A stretch of 64,000 nt of DNA from an uncultured Verrucomicrobiae bacterium (lineage in GTDB: Bacteria > Verrucomicrobiota > Verrucomicrobiia > Limisphaerales > JAFGQR01), in assembly GCA_963788655.1 (NCBI GenBank), contig CAWBHS010000006.1:64001-128000 (forward strand), read 5' to 3'. The translations under genes were made by a program, and so were the position numbers. Each line of letters begins with the position of its first letter. The stretch's first letter is position 1. Below the pieces are notes generated by a model, which was not told the origin of the DNA, searched no databases, and saw nothing but the letters and a program-made list of their open reading frames with translations. Shown here piece after piece: positions 29,269 through 40,697 of this stretch.

Positions 29269-30578
29269 AAGTCACCGTTTGGGGCATTAATTACGCGCCG
29301 GAACTGATCGGCATTGGACCGTACAACACGGCACTTTGTGAGTACCTGCACGAACGCGGTCATGACGTGCGGATGGTCACAACGTTTACCTACTACCCGG
29401 CGTGGCGGAAACAAGCGTCCGAAGCCTCGAAGCTCTATCGCACTGACAACGTCGAGGGCGTGACGGTGCATCGTTGCTGGCATTACGTTCCCCGCCGGGC
29501 TTCGACACTCAAACGCATTTTCCACGAAGGCTCGTTCGTGTTCACGTCCTTGCTGCGTCAACTTGTGCTCCCCCGCGCGGACGTGCTCGTGGTGGTGTCC
29601 CCGCCGTTGTTGTTGGGCGCGGCAGCGTGGTTGTTGGGGAAACTGAAGCGCATGCCGTTTGTGTTTCACGTGCAGGATCTGCAACCCGACGCGGCCGCCA
29701 GCCTGGGCATGCTCAAACAATCCGGTTTGCTGGGTGCGCTTCGTGGCCTGGAAAAGTTCGCGTATCGAAAAGCCGGCCTGGTTAGCGGCATTATGCCCGG
29801 CATGCTGGCTTCGTTTGAACGTAAAGGGGTGGAGGCGGCGCGCCGGTGCTATTTTCCCAATCCCGTGGAGTTAAGCAAACCCTTCGAACCGACGGTGCGC
29901 GGTCGATTTCGGCAACGGTTGGGGATGGACGAAACCGATTTCCTGGCGGTGTATTCGGGTAACCTGGGCGTCAAACAAGGGCTGGATGTTCTGATTGAAG
30001 CGGCGCGTTGCGTGAAACACCCGCGCGTCCGTTTGGTGATCTGCGGCAATGGCAGCCAGCGGGTGCGGTTAGTGCGGCTGGTGCATCGTTACGAATTGGG
30101 CAACGTGGTGATTGTGGATCTGCAACCGCCGGACCGCTACGCCGAACTGCTGGTCGATGCGGACGTGTGCGTCATTCCGCAGCAACCGGGTTCGGGCGGC
30201 TGTTTTTTCCCGAGCAAACTGCTCACGACGCTGACCTACGCTCGGCCGGTGCTGACGGTGGCTGATGATCAAAGCGACTTGGTCGTGGCACTGAAGGAAG
30301 GACGCTTTGGGGTGAACGTGCCGCCCGGCGAACCACAGCAACTCGCCGAAGTGCTCGAGCAACTGGCCGATCAACCGCAGCAGCTTCAGAAATACGGGGA
30401 AGCTGGCCACCGCTATGTCACGCAGTTTGAACGGACCCAAGTGCTTGGCCAATTCGAACGCGTCTTGCAGGGGTTGGTCGAGCCGGCAACGGTGCGGGCG
30501 CAACCGGAAGTCGCCGTCCCCAAGATTGTGCGCCTTCCGGGAACAGAATCGGCACCGGCGAAAAAGAAGGCGGCGTAA
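29265..30578 (+). CDS. wcaI: WcaI-family glycosyltransferase
   Basis: WGINYAPELIGIGPY, HVQDLQPDAA, YSGNLGVKQG, FPSKL. Confidence 0.88.
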   Translation: MKVTVWGINYAPELIGIGPYNTALCEYLHERGHDVRMVTTFTYYPAWRKQASEASKLYRTDNVEGVTVHRCWHYVPRRASTLKRIFHEGSFVFTSLLRQLVLPRADVLVVVSPPLLLGAAAWLLGKLKRMPFVFHVQDLQPDAAASLGMLKQSGLLGALRGLEKFAYRKAGLVSGIMPGMLASFERKGVEAARRCYFPNPVELSKPFEPTVRGRFRQRLGMDETDFLAVYSGNLGVKQGLDVLIEAARCVKHPRVRLVICGNGSQRVRLVRLVHRYELGNVVIVDLQPPDRYAELLVDADVCVIPQQPGSGGCFFPSKLLTTLTYARPVLTVADDQSDLVVALKEGRFGVNVPPGEPQQLAEVLEQLADQPQQLQKYGEAGHRYVTQFERTQVLGQFERVLQGLVEPATVRAQPEVAVPKIVRLPGTESAPAKKKAA

Positions 30579-30674
30579 GAAGATCCTTTGCTTTCAATCG
30601 AACGGCGCGGGTGGAGAACCGGCGCCGTTTTTGTTTTTGCAGGAAGGTTTACCGCGGTGCGGGCAGCACCCACC

Positions 30675-30779
30675 GAAAGCGGGAGCAAGCTCCACGCACT
30701 CCAAACGCTGCCCGAGGTGCGGGCGCCCCATCGGATTTCGCGCCAGCGTTTGGAGTGCGTCCGGCTTGCCGGCGCTTTC
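30675..30779. repeat. REPIN-like element, family D, between convergent genes
   Basis: gaaagcgggagcaagctccacgcactccaaacgctg and tcgcgccagcgtttggagtgcgtccggcttgccggcgctttc are near-exact reverse complements of the two arms at 4348-4496. Confidence 0.88.
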
Positions 30780-30822
30780 GCACGGTGAATGGCAGTCAAT
30801 TTCCCAACCGCCTTTCCACATT

Positions 30823-32220
30823 TTAGTAGGCCGTGCCCGGGGGCAAAAGCATCTGTACCGCCGTTCGAAGGATGATCGCCAGGTCGGCGCTCAACGACCA
30901 ATTTTCCAGGTAGTACAGGTCAGATTCAATTCGCTGCCGCACCCTGCCTTCGTCAGTGGCTTCGCCACGAAACCCGCGCACCTGCGCCAGACCGGTGATT
31001 CCCGGTTTGGCAAAACTGCGGATGTAATAGTTTTGCATGACGCGCGCAAACAAGACGTCGTGTTCCGGCAGGTGCGGACGCGGTCCCACCACGCTCATCT
31101 CCCCCCGCAAGACGTTCACAAACTGAGGCAGTTCATCCAGGCTGAGCCGTCGCAACCACCGGCCGGCAGCAAAAATGCGCCGGTCGTGTTTCGTAGCCTG
31201 CCGCGCCGCGTTCGTGGTTTGTCCGTGCATCGTGCGAAACTTGAGGATGCGAAAACATCGATGATGAAAGCCGGCGCGTTCCTGGCAATACAACAGCGGC
31301 CCCGGGGACTGCCGGCGTTGCAGCCACCAAACCACCAGCGCCATGGGGGGCAAGACCAGGAGCACGATGGGTAACGCGACGGCCACGTCGAGCGCTCGTT
31401 TCAGGGCGCGGTTAAAAGGATTCTCCAACGGCTCCTGCCGTAACGCAAAAATGTGGCGTCCGTCGTTTTCCAAGTGGATTACCCGGTGGCGAAACTTTTC
31501 CTCCAGATCGCTGATGACCAGGAACCGCACGCCCAGCAGTTCGCATAACGCCGAGAGCCGGCTGAGGAACACCGGCCAGGCGGGCAATTCCGCCGCAATG
31601 ACCTGGGTGACCTGCTGCTCGCGAATGATGCGCTCGAGGTCGTCCACGCGCCCCAACACCGGCCAATCGCCAACCCGTTTCACCCGTTCGTCGCACAGCA
31701 CGCCCACCATCTCGAGGCCAAATTGTGCTTTGCGTGCCAACCAATCGGTCATGGCAAAAATCTTCTTACTGGAACCAATGAGGACCGTTCGCTCCTTGGG
31801 ACCCCGTTGAAAACTGAAGTGGGCAATGATTGGCGGCAGTTTCCACGCACTCCAAAGCAATAACACGTATAGCACCGGCAGAAAGCTGAACAGGAACATC
31901 CGCGAAATTACGGCGTCCTTGGTCGCCACCAGGAAGAAGACCACCGGCCCAGCGGCCCAGAGGGTCTGTCGCAACGCGAGACGATGTTTGTTGAGCAAGC
32001 CCTCCTGAAACACCTGCGCTTCACGGTCGTAGCGAAAGCTGGCCTCCAGCAGCAATCCCATGAGGAACAAAACGCAATACAGGACGTAATTCTTCAGAGC
32101 TGCGGCTTCCGCATAAAAATGCTCTACCACCAGGAAATGACCCCAGTACGCCACCACGCAACAGCCTAGTTGCAGCACTGCCAGCAGATCGTAAAAGCCG
32201 CGGATGCGTTGCGTAATCAT
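30823..32220 (-). CDS. Priming undecaprenyl-phosphate sugar-1-phosphate transferase (WcaJ/WbaP family)
   Basis: KRALDVAVA, SPGPLLYCQERAG, KFRTM, SLDELPQFVNVLRGEMSVVGPRP, KPGITGLAQVRG, DLYYLENWS. Confidence 0.93.
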   Translation of the reverse strand: MITQRIRGFYDLLAVLQLGCCVVAYWGHFLVVEHFYAEAAALKNYVLYCVLFLMGLLLEASFRYDREAQVFQEGLLNKHRLALRQTLWAAGPVVFFLVATKDAVISRMFLFSFLPVLYVLLLWSAWKLPPIIAHFSFQRGPKERTVLIGSSKKIFAMTDWLARKAQFGLEMVGVLCDERVKRVGDWPVLGRVDDLERIIREQQVTQVIAAELPAWPVFLSRLSALCELLGVRFLVISDLEEKFRHRVIHLENDGRHIFALRQEPLENPFNRALKRALDVAVALPIVLLVLPPMALVVWWLQRRQSPGPLLYCQERAGFHHRCFRILKFRTMHGQTTNAARQATKHDRRIFAAGRWLRRLSLDELPQFVNVLRGEMSVVGPRPHLPEHDVLFARVMQNYYIRSFAKPGITGLAQVRGFRGEATDEGRVRQRIESDLYYLENWSLSADLAIILRTAVQMLLPPGTAY

Positions 32221-32332
32221 GGGAAATAGGCAGCGCAGAGTTGCGCTCTCGCAGCCGCAGGCGTGCGGTGGATGCAATTCGCAATGACCCGGATAAACCC
32301 GTATTCGCAGGAGCCTGAAGTCCAGCCGGTCG

Positions 32333-33538
32333 CTAAACTGCCTCGCGCAGCGAGGAATTGCCGAGTTCCTTTCGCCATATTTCTACGCGGTCCTGCAACT
32401 CCAGTTCTGTCAAATAGGCCATATCAAGCTGGCTGGGGGCAATGTTCACGCCACCGGCGTCCTTCTCGTGATGCAGGCAATTGGCCACGTGCAGGGCGGT
32501 GGTCAGCGTAAAGCTCTTGGTGTCGTCGGCGGTCGGGCGATGATGCCGCGCGACGGCTTCCACCAACGGAGTGGGCAATCCCCACAAGCCAAGCAGATAC
32601 GCGCCCACCTCCGCGTGGGTCGAGCCGAGCAGTTCCAGTTCGGCCTGCCAGAGGGGAACGCGATTGCGGCGCTGGTGCTGCACCACGTCGGGATATTCCT
32701 TGGGCAGACCCGTGGCCAATACCAGCTTGCCCACGTCGTGGAGCAAGCCGCACAGAAACGCATGATCGGCCGCGCGGGCGTTGAGCGATTCGATCTCCGC
32801 GAGATCCTTGGCCAAAGCCCCGGTGGCCCAGCAATGACTCCACAGGCGGTCAAAGGAAATGACATTCAGTTTAGTGTCGAAGCCGTTAAGAATCCCGATG
32901 GAAAGCACCAAACGTTTGACGGTGTTGATGCCCAAATACAGAATGGCTTCGCCGGGATTCGTCACGTTCTCGGGCAAGCCAAAGAAGGGAGAATTCACCA
33001 GTTGCAGCAACTTGGCGCACATCCCCAGGTCCTGCGAAATCAAGTGACCCAGTTTGATCACCGAAGGATCTTCATTCCGCAATTCCTTGAGCACTTCGTT
33101 GTACACGGTGGGTACCATGGGCAGGGTCTGTACCTGCGACACGAGGCGCTTCAGTTTCTCGTCGGTCAAAAAGTCGCGCAGCACGAACGCCCGTTGCACT
33201 GCATCGCGCAGCACGTCCGCTTCGCACGGTTTGGACAGATACTGGTGCGCCGGTCCGACGAACTGCGGCATGGCCCCCTGGTTCGACTGTTCGGATACGA
33301 GAATACGCACCGCGTCCGGAAACTGCTCCGCCACGTAGTTCAACAATTTCGCCCCCGTGGTTCCCGGCATCACGTCATCGGCTACGACCACGTCGAAAGC
33401 GGATTGCGTCATCAACTCCAAGGCCTTTGCACCGCTTTCCGCGAACGACATGTCCCAGTCGGCACAAGCATCGCCGAGGTCACGTTTCAACTCCGCCAAA
33501 ACCAGCGGCTCGTCATCAACCAGCAAAATTCGAATCAT
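32333..33538 (-). CDS. Response regulator receiver + HDOD domain protein
   Basis: RILLVDDE...VVADDVMPG...LSKP; DLGMCAKLLQLVNSPFFG, GLLHDVGKL, THAEVGAYLLGLWGLP. Confidence 0.92.
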   Translation of the reverse strand: MIRILLVDDEPLVLAELKRDLGDACADWDMSFAESGAKALELMTQSAFDVVVADDVMPGTTGAKLLNYVAEQFPDAVRILVSEQSNQGAMPQFVGPAHQYLSKPCEADVLRDAVQRAFVLRDFLTDEKLKRLVSQVQTLPMVPTVYNEVLKELRNEDPSVIKLGHLISQDLGMCAKLLQLVNSPFFGLPENVTNPGEAILYLGINTVKRLVLSIGILNGFDTKLNVISFDRLWSHCWATGALAKDLAEIESLNARAADHAFLCGLLHDVGKLVLATGLPKEYPDVVQHQRRNRVPLWQAELELLGSTHAEVGAYLLGLWGLPTPLVEAVARHHRPTADDTKSFTLTTALHVANCLHHEKDAGGVNIAPSQLDMAYLTELELQDRVEIWRKELGNSSLREAV

Positions 33539-34228
33539 AGAATTAACCGGGGAGCAGATTCCCAGTCTAAAGACGCCGCTTCGAAAAACAACGTTGTGAG
33601 TTTTGAAAACAAGGGAAGCCGATCGTTTCCGAAACGAAGCGATTGCCGTCGGAAAGAGTTGCCGGAGGGAAGAGCAAACCCGAAGGCCTCCTCGCCGCGA
33701 AGCGCTCAAGCCCTCGGTTCATTTCCGTTGGTTCACCATTCATTCCATTGCCAATCAACAGGTTTCGATAGTTACAAATGTCGCCGCCACAGGCGCCGAT
33801 GCTTCACGCCCATTGCCAAGCATGGCTTGTTCCAAGCAGCAAAGACAGAGTAACGGCCAGGATCAAAAGACATCGGAGCCATCCTTACTCGCGGATTTGA
33901 CCAACAACTCACTCAAACCTGGACTTTCGATATTTCTTAGACCTCGCCGGAACAGGGATCGGGGTTCCCGGGCAAATCGGTCGTACCAACTGCATCTCCT
34001 GGCGGGTTGAACGCTATGCGGGGCTGGGGCTGGCGCCGACGCGGCCACGTCGTGGAGTCCGACAGCTCGCACAGCTCCTGGTCATTCGAATCGGCGACGA
34101 TATTCCAGCGAGTGTGCTGCCCTACTGGAAGCGTCCAAACGTCAGGGTGTACTGGCTCGCTTGTCCAATTCGCAAATGGTGGGTTACCGCTCGAACTCAC
34201 CGTCGAGGAGGATTGCGAGACAGAACTT

Positions 34229-35098
34229 TCAAACGGTGACCTTGGACAGTGTCGGCGCCAACCAACCGTTGGAAGCGATGACGCGATACCGGTCGGCCGA
34301 CATGGCGGGCTCGTGCCAAAACTGGCCGCCGGCGCATTCGATGATCAAACCGCCCGCCGCAATGTCCCACAGGCGCAAGCCGTATTCGATATAGGCATCC
34401 ATCCGTCCCGAGGCGACATACGTCAGCGACAATGCGGCCGCGCCCATGATGCGGATCTTGCGCACCCGGTGGACCAGGTGTTGGAACGTCGGCAACATGC
34501 GTTCGAGGGTATATTTCTCCTTGGCGAAACCAATGGACACAATCGCCTCGTTCAACCGCCGCCGCGAGCTGACCCGGGTCACTTTGCCGTTGAGCCGGGC
34601 AGCTTGCCCGCGGATGGCCGTCCACAAGTCGTCGCAAAACGGATCATAAACCACACCCAGGATGGTCTCGAAAGAAGGCGGCAGCGGCTTGGCCGGTTTG
34701 CGGCGGACCCGCACGATGGATTGGGCTTCCGCGACCGGTGGTTGAAGCTTGCGCACCTGGAGGGCAATCGAAGTGCAGGCGTGCGGAATGCCGTAACTGA
34801 AATTAACGGTGCCATCGATCGGATCAACCACCCACCGATAATCGGCGTCCGGATCGCCCACCACGCCTTCTTCGCCGAGAATGGCGGTCTTCGGAAACGC
34901 TTTGCGGAGCGTCCGCTCGATGGTTTTCTGGCAACGGACGTCCAGTTCCAATTTGATGTCGTGTTGCGTTTGCGAGTTGATCTTCTTGCGCGATCCCATG
35001 TTGGTGCGCATCAGGTGTCCAGCGGCATGCGCGGCTTCCACCGCACACTCCAGGGCTTTGCCTGCGGTTAATGCCGCTGCTTCAGTCCGTTTTTCCAT
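34229..35098 (-). CDS. suhB: Inositol monophosphatase family protein
   Basis: LGEE, WVVDPIDGTVNF, GAAALSL, WDIAAG. Confidence 0.9.
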   Translation of the reverse strand: MEKRTEAAALTAGKALECAVEAAHAAGHLMRTNMGSRKKINSQTQHDIKLELDVRCQKTIERTLRKAFPKTAILGEEGVVGDPDADYRWVVDPIDGTVNFSYGIPHACTSIALQVRKLQPPVAEAQSIVRVRRKPAKPLPPSFETILGVVYDPFCDDLWTAIRGQAARLNGKVTRVSSRRRLNEAIVSIGFAKEKYTLERMLPTFQHLVHRVRKIRIMGAAALSLTYVASGRMDAYIEYGLRLWDIAAGGLIIECAGGQFWHEPAMSADRYRVIASNGWLAPTLSKVTV

Positions 35099-35167
35099 GG
35101 CGGAAGTTTAGGGGCGCTGCGGCGACGGAGCAAACCTTGTGTGAATTGAGAAATGAGTTGTAACGCG

Positions 35168-35524
35168 CTAATCGTCGGTGGCTGGCGAATTGGTCTGGAT
35201 CCGATTGATCGCCTTGGCCGCGCGATTGCGAACAATATCACGCGGATCATTGGTGGCGCGTTCGAGTGCCCCCAAGGCTGGACGCGCCGCGGATCCCACT
35301 TCGAACAACGTGCGCGCCGCCAGATAACGCACTTCTGAATCGGGATCTTGCAGCGCTTGAATCAAGTCGGGCACGGCGGGGGCGGCGTCCGGGCCGAATT
35401 GTTCGCACACAGTGAGCGCTTCACGTCTGGCTTCCACGTCGCCGTGTTGGATGGCGCTGGCCAGGGCCGTCAAGCTGACCGGATCCCGACAGTGCAGGGC
35501 AACAATCAGTTTGACCTGCTTCAT
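35168..35524 (-). CDS. HEAT/PBS-lyase repeat protein (possibly truncated)
   Basis: AVPDLIQALQDPDSEVRYLAARTL, ALERATNDPRDIVRNRAAKAI; start uncertain because a repeat lies immediately upstream. Confidence 0.65.
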   Translation of the reverse strand: MKQVKLIVALHCRDPVSLTALASAIQHGDVEARREALTVCEQFGPDAAPAVPDLIQALQDPDSEVRYLAARTLFEVGSAARPALGALERATNDPRDIVRNRAAKAINRIQTNSPATDD

Positions 35525-35530
35525 CAACTC

Positions 35531-35703
35531 GGTAGGGCAAGACTCCGTCGAGCCCTGATTTCCCCGAATGGCATTCGCAAATCCACAACCGACCAAAGGG
35601 AAATTGGGGGTGTTCGATACATCCAAAGCCTTTCCGCGGTTTCGGTTTATTGAATTCGAAAACGTTTCGGAGAAATCACGGCTCGACGGAGTCTCGCCCT
35701 ACC
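35531..35703. repeat. REPIN-like element, family F
   Basis: ggtagggcaagactccgtcgagcc / ggctcgacggagtctcgccctacc complementary at 23/24. Confidence 0.88.
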
Positions 35704-35731
35704 GCGGGTTGGGGTGCTCAGTAAGAAGGCC

Positions 35732-35857
35732 AAGGGGGAAGCGCGCCCGCCGGTTGACCCCGGGACTGAGCCGTCAATGAATAGTGAGTCCCTTGGGATC
35801 TTCGAAAGTAGTTGGCGAGGCGCCAACCACGGCGCCCGAGGCAGGCGCGCTCCCCTT
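35732..35857. repeat. REPIN-like element, family C, just downstream of atpC
   Basis: aagggggaagcgcgcccgcc...ggcgaggcgcc...gcgcccgaggcaggcgcgctcccctt; right arm is the reverse complement of the arms at 17054 and 27175. Confidence 0.78.
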
Positions 35858-35875
35858 TCTAACTGAATCGCTGCG

Positions 35876-36286
35876 CTAAGAGGGCCGGCGACGCTTTACT
35901 TTCAATTGGGCCAGCGAATTGGCCAGGGAGGCATTGACGGCAGCGGATTCGGCGGCGCTTAGTTTCTCCTGCAATCGGGCTTCGGCACGGCGGCGGGCTT
36001 CTTCGGCCATCGCCTCGTCGATGTCTTTTGCCTGAATGGCCATGTCGGTCATGATGGCGACGCGTTCGCCGGTGATCTCCGCGAAGCCGTCGCCTACCGC
36101 GAGGAAAATTTCTTCGTTGCCCTTGCGCACCGTCAATTGGCCGGCCTGGAGTTGGGTCATCAACGGCACGTGTGAAGGGAAGATGCCCATCTCGCCTTCC
36201 GCACCGGGCAGCGTGACCATCTCCACGTCGTCGGAGAAGGTCTGGGCTTCGGGCGTAACGATTTCGAGTCTTAAGGTGTTGGCCAT
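35876..36286 (-). CDS. atpC: F0F1 ATP synthase epsilon subunit
   Basis: LEIVTPE, GEMGIFPSHVP, GFAEI; operon position. Confidence 0.96.
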   Translation of the reverse strand: MANTLRLEIVTPEAQTFSDDVEMVTLPGAEGEMGIFPSHVPLMTQLQAGQLTVRKGNEEIFLAVGDGFAEITGERVAIMTDMAIQAKDIDEAMAEEARRRAEARLQEKLSAAESAAVNASLANSLAQLKVKRRRPS

Positions 36287-36318
36287 GGTGCGCGTGGATG
36301 GTGGCGGCCGGGCGTAGC

Positions 36319-37761
<1,443 letters not shown>

Positions 37762-38640
37762 CTAGCCCATGGACATTTGAGCCGAGGCGATTTCCAACAG
37801 TTCTTTGGTGATGGTGGCCTGGCGAATCTTGTTATATTCGACGGTCAGATCCTTGATCAGTTGCAGCGCATTGTCCGTGGCGTTCTTCATGGCCACCATG
37901 CGGGCGCTGTGTTCGCTGGCCTTGGCTTCCAACAGCAACTGGTAAATCTGGAAGTTGAGATAATGCGGCAGCAAGCCGCCCAGCACCGCGCCGGCGCTGG
38001 GTTCGAACTGGAACTCGGTAGCGCCGGTGGAAAACGGTTGGGGTTGGGCCTCGGACTGAGGGCCAGCCTGCACGGCTTGAATTTGGCCAATGGGCAACAG
38101 GGGCAACCGCTGGGGCTTCTGGCTCAGGGTCGAGAGAAACCGATTGTAAAGCACGTCCACCGTATCGACTTCTTTTTTCAAAAACATGTCCTGCACGAAC
38201 TTCGAAATGGCACGCGCTTCGGTGAACGTGGGGGCATCTTTGTAGGTGAATTCCGCCGCCAGTTTCCGCTTGGTGCGCGCGATGAACTGGGAGGCCTTGC
38301 GGCCCGCGGTAATGAACACCGTGGTGTCGCTGTCGTATTGGGCCGTTTCGCGCATCAAGTTGCCGTTGAGCGCGCCGCAAAGTCCCTTGTCGGTGCTGAT
38401 CAGGATGACGGCCCGCTGGTTAACCCGGCGCGGATCCATCAGCGGATGCGAGAAATCGCCCGCGTGGGCAGTGACTTCGCCCAGCACTTTGTTCATGAGC
38501 GTGGCATACGGACGCCCCGCCATCGCCGCCTGCTGGGCGCGCCGCATTTTCGACGAAGCCACCATCTGCATTGCCTTCGTGATCTGCGAGGTGTTCTTAA
38601 TCGACCGGATGCGGCGTTGTATATTACGGGGACTGGGCAT
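37762..38640 (-). CDS. atpG: F0F1 ATP synthase gamma subunit
   Basis: QITKAMQMVA, DKGLCG, SEHSARMVAMKNATDNA, RQATITKEL. Confidence 0.98.
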   Translation of the reverse strand: MPSPRNIQRRIRSIKNTSQITKAMQMVASSKMRRAQQAAMAGRPYATLMNKVLGEVTAHAGDFSHPLMDPRRVNQRAVILISTDKGLCGALNGNLMRETAQYDSDTTVFITAGRKASQFIARTKRKLAAEFTYKDAPTFTEARAISKFVQDMFLKKEVDTVDVLYNRFLSTLSQKPQRLPLLPIGQIQAVQAGPQSEAQPQPFSTGATEFQFEPSAGAVLGGLLPHYLNFQIYQLLLEAKASEHSARMVAMKNATDNALQLIKDLTVEYNKIRQATITKELLEIASAQMSMG

Positions 38641-38663
38641 GGCCGGGGGGTGCTGTGAGCGCC

Positions 38664-40202
38664 TTAATCAGCTTTGTAGGTCTGTTTGAATTCGGTAGCG
38701 GCAGCCTTGAGTTCCGCGGTCAGCGGTTCGCTGAGCACTTTCTCCTGCGCAATGCGCTGCACCAGGGCCGCCTTGCGATTCCCCAGGAACTCCGCCAGCT
38801 TGCTCTGCCAGTCTTTGATCTTCGCGACGGGCACATCGTCAAAAAAGCCGTTTTGGGCCGCCCACAGGATGGCCACTTGAATTTCGACCGGCACGGGATG
38901 GTATTGCGGCTGTTTGAAAACTTCGACGATCCGCTTGCCGCGTTCGATCTTGCTTTGCGTGCCAGGATCCAGGTCGGAACCAAACTGGGCGAACGCCGCC
39001 AGTTCGCGGAACTGCGCGAGGTCGCCCTTGATGCGGCCGGCCACCTGTTTCATGGCCTTCACTTGCGCTGCGGAACCCACCCGGGAGACGGACAACCCGA
39101 CCGAAATGGCGGGACGAACGCCTTGATAAAATAAATCCGTTTCCAGGTAAATCTGACCGTCGGTGATCGAAATCACGTTGGTAGGAATGTAGGCCGAAAC
39201 GTCGCCCAATTGGGTCTCGATGATGGGCAACGCGGTCAACGAACCGCCCCCTTCTTTTTCGCTCAACCGCGCCGAACGTTCCAACAGGCGGCTGTGCAAA
39301 TAGAACACGTCGCCGGGGAACGCCTCCCGACCGGAAGGCCGTTTCAACACCAGGGAAACCTGGCGATACGCCACGGCATGCTTGGACAGGTCATCGTAAA
39401 TGATCAGGGAGTCCATGCCATTGTCCCGGAACCATTCGCCCATGGCGCATCCCGCGAATGGCGCCAGGTATTGATTGGTGGCGGAGTCCGAAGCGGCGGC
39501 CACCACCACGATGGTGTACTCCAACGCCTTTTCCTTCTCCAACACGCTGATGACGCGGGCCACGTTGGACTGCTTCTGGCCGACCGCCACGTAAATGGAA
39601 TATAGGGGACGGTAGTTCTGGTCGCCGGCTTCCACAGCCGCACGGTTCAGCCGGGCCTGATTGATGATCGTGTCGATGCCAATGGTCGTCTTGCCGGTGG
39701 AACGGTCGCCGATGATCAACTCGCGCTGGCCCCGGCCAATGGGAATCATGGCGTCGATGGCCATGATGCCGGACTGCACCGGCTGATTGACCGATTGCCG
39801 TTTGATGATGCCGGGCGCGATCTTCTCGACCGGATAGGAGGCTTCGGCATTCACTTCGCCTTTGCCATCCAGCGGTTGGCCCAGCACGTTCACGACGCGA
39901 CCCAAGAGACCTTTGCCGACCGGTACTTGCAGAAGTTTGCCGGTGGTGCGGACTTCCTGGCCTTGTTTCACCGTGGTGTAATCGCCCAGGATGATGGCGC
40001 CAACTTCGGTGTCTTCGAGGTTGAGGGCCAGGCCGGTCACGCCGTTGCCGAAGTCGAGCATTTCATTCAGCATGGCCTCGGTAAGACCTTCCACTTTGGC
40101 GACGCCGTCGCTGATTTCGCGGACGACGCCGACGTTCTGTTTGGCGATGGAGGTTTTGACTCCCGCGATTTGGGCTTCGATTTCCTGTAACAGATTGCTC
40201 AT
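38664..40202 (-). CDS. atpA: F0F1 ATP synthase alpha subunit
   Basis: [38 protein letters not shown]. Confidence 0.99.
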   Translation of the reverse strand: MSNLLQEIEAQIAGVKTSIAKQNVGVVREISDGVAKVEGLTEAMLNEMLDFGNGVTGLALNLEDTEVGAIILGDYTTVKQGQEVRTTGKLLQVPVGKGLLGRVVNVLGQPLDGKGEVNAEASYPVEKIAPGIIKRQSVNQPVQSGIMAIDAMIPIGRGQRELIIGDRSTGKTTIGIDTIINQARLNRAAVEAGDQNYRPLYSIYVAVGQKQSNVARVISVLEKEKALEYTIVVVAAASDSATNQYLAPFAGCAMGEWFRDNGMDSLIIYDDLSKHAVAYRQVSLVLKRPSGREAFPGDVFYLHSRLLERSARLSEKEGGGSLTALPIIETQLGDVSAYIPTNVISITDGQIYLETDLFYQGVRPAISVGLSVSRVGSAAQVKAMKQVAGRIKGDLAQFRELAAFAQFGSDLDPGTQSKIERGKRIVEVFKQPQYHPVPVEIQVAILWAAQNGFFDDVPVAKIKDWQSKLAEFLGNRKAALVQRIAQEKVLSEPLTAELKAAATEFKQTYKAD

Positions 40203-40270
40203 ACAGACTGATTGAGAGTTGAGGCGGAGCGTTGAGGGATTAGGGTTCGGAAACTCAACGGTGCCTCGGG

Positions 40271-40663
40271 CTAAAATTTGTCCTGCAACGCGGCCAACCG
40301 GCCCTGGATGCTGCCATCGTAAACGTCACTGCCGACCTGGACCCGCATCCCGCCCAGCAACGCGGGATTCTGCGTGAACGCAAAGGTCAAAGCCGGGCCA
40401 TACACTTGGGTTAGGTTTGCTTGCACCGCCGACTGCTCGGCCGGGGCGAGCGGAATCATGCTTTCAACATGGACCGAGCGGCGGGCCAAATCGAGCTTCA
40501 CCAGCCGCTGGAAGTGCGACAGCGTGGCCAGATAGCCGCGCGGTTTGCGCGCGATGACCTGCTGCACCGCTTCGCGGACGCGGCCTTCGTCGAGCGCGCC
40601 GTTCGCCATACAGGCGCGCAACAGTTCTTTGGCTTGCCGCCGGGCTTGTTTGGTGATCTTCAT
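40271..40663 (-). CDS. atpH: F0F1 ATP synthase delta subunit (short form, 130 aa)
   Basis: C-terminal [20 protein letters not shown]; lies between atpF and atpA. Confidence 0.9.
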   Translation of the reverse strand: MKITKQARRQAKELLRACMANGALDEGRVREAVQQVIARKPRGYLATLSHFQRLVKLDLARRSVHVESMIPLAPAEQSAVQANLTQVYGPALTFAFTQNPALLGGMRVQVGSDVYDGSIQGRLAALQDKF

Positions 40664-40697
40664 TCGTCGCGAATATCCAAAGGCAAAGTCACGGAGC

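Noticed and set aside
33540..34228. Possible gene or ncRNA between the HDOD gene and suhB
   Set aside because: Only short overlapping ORFs without motifs and no clear structured RNA; left unassigned.
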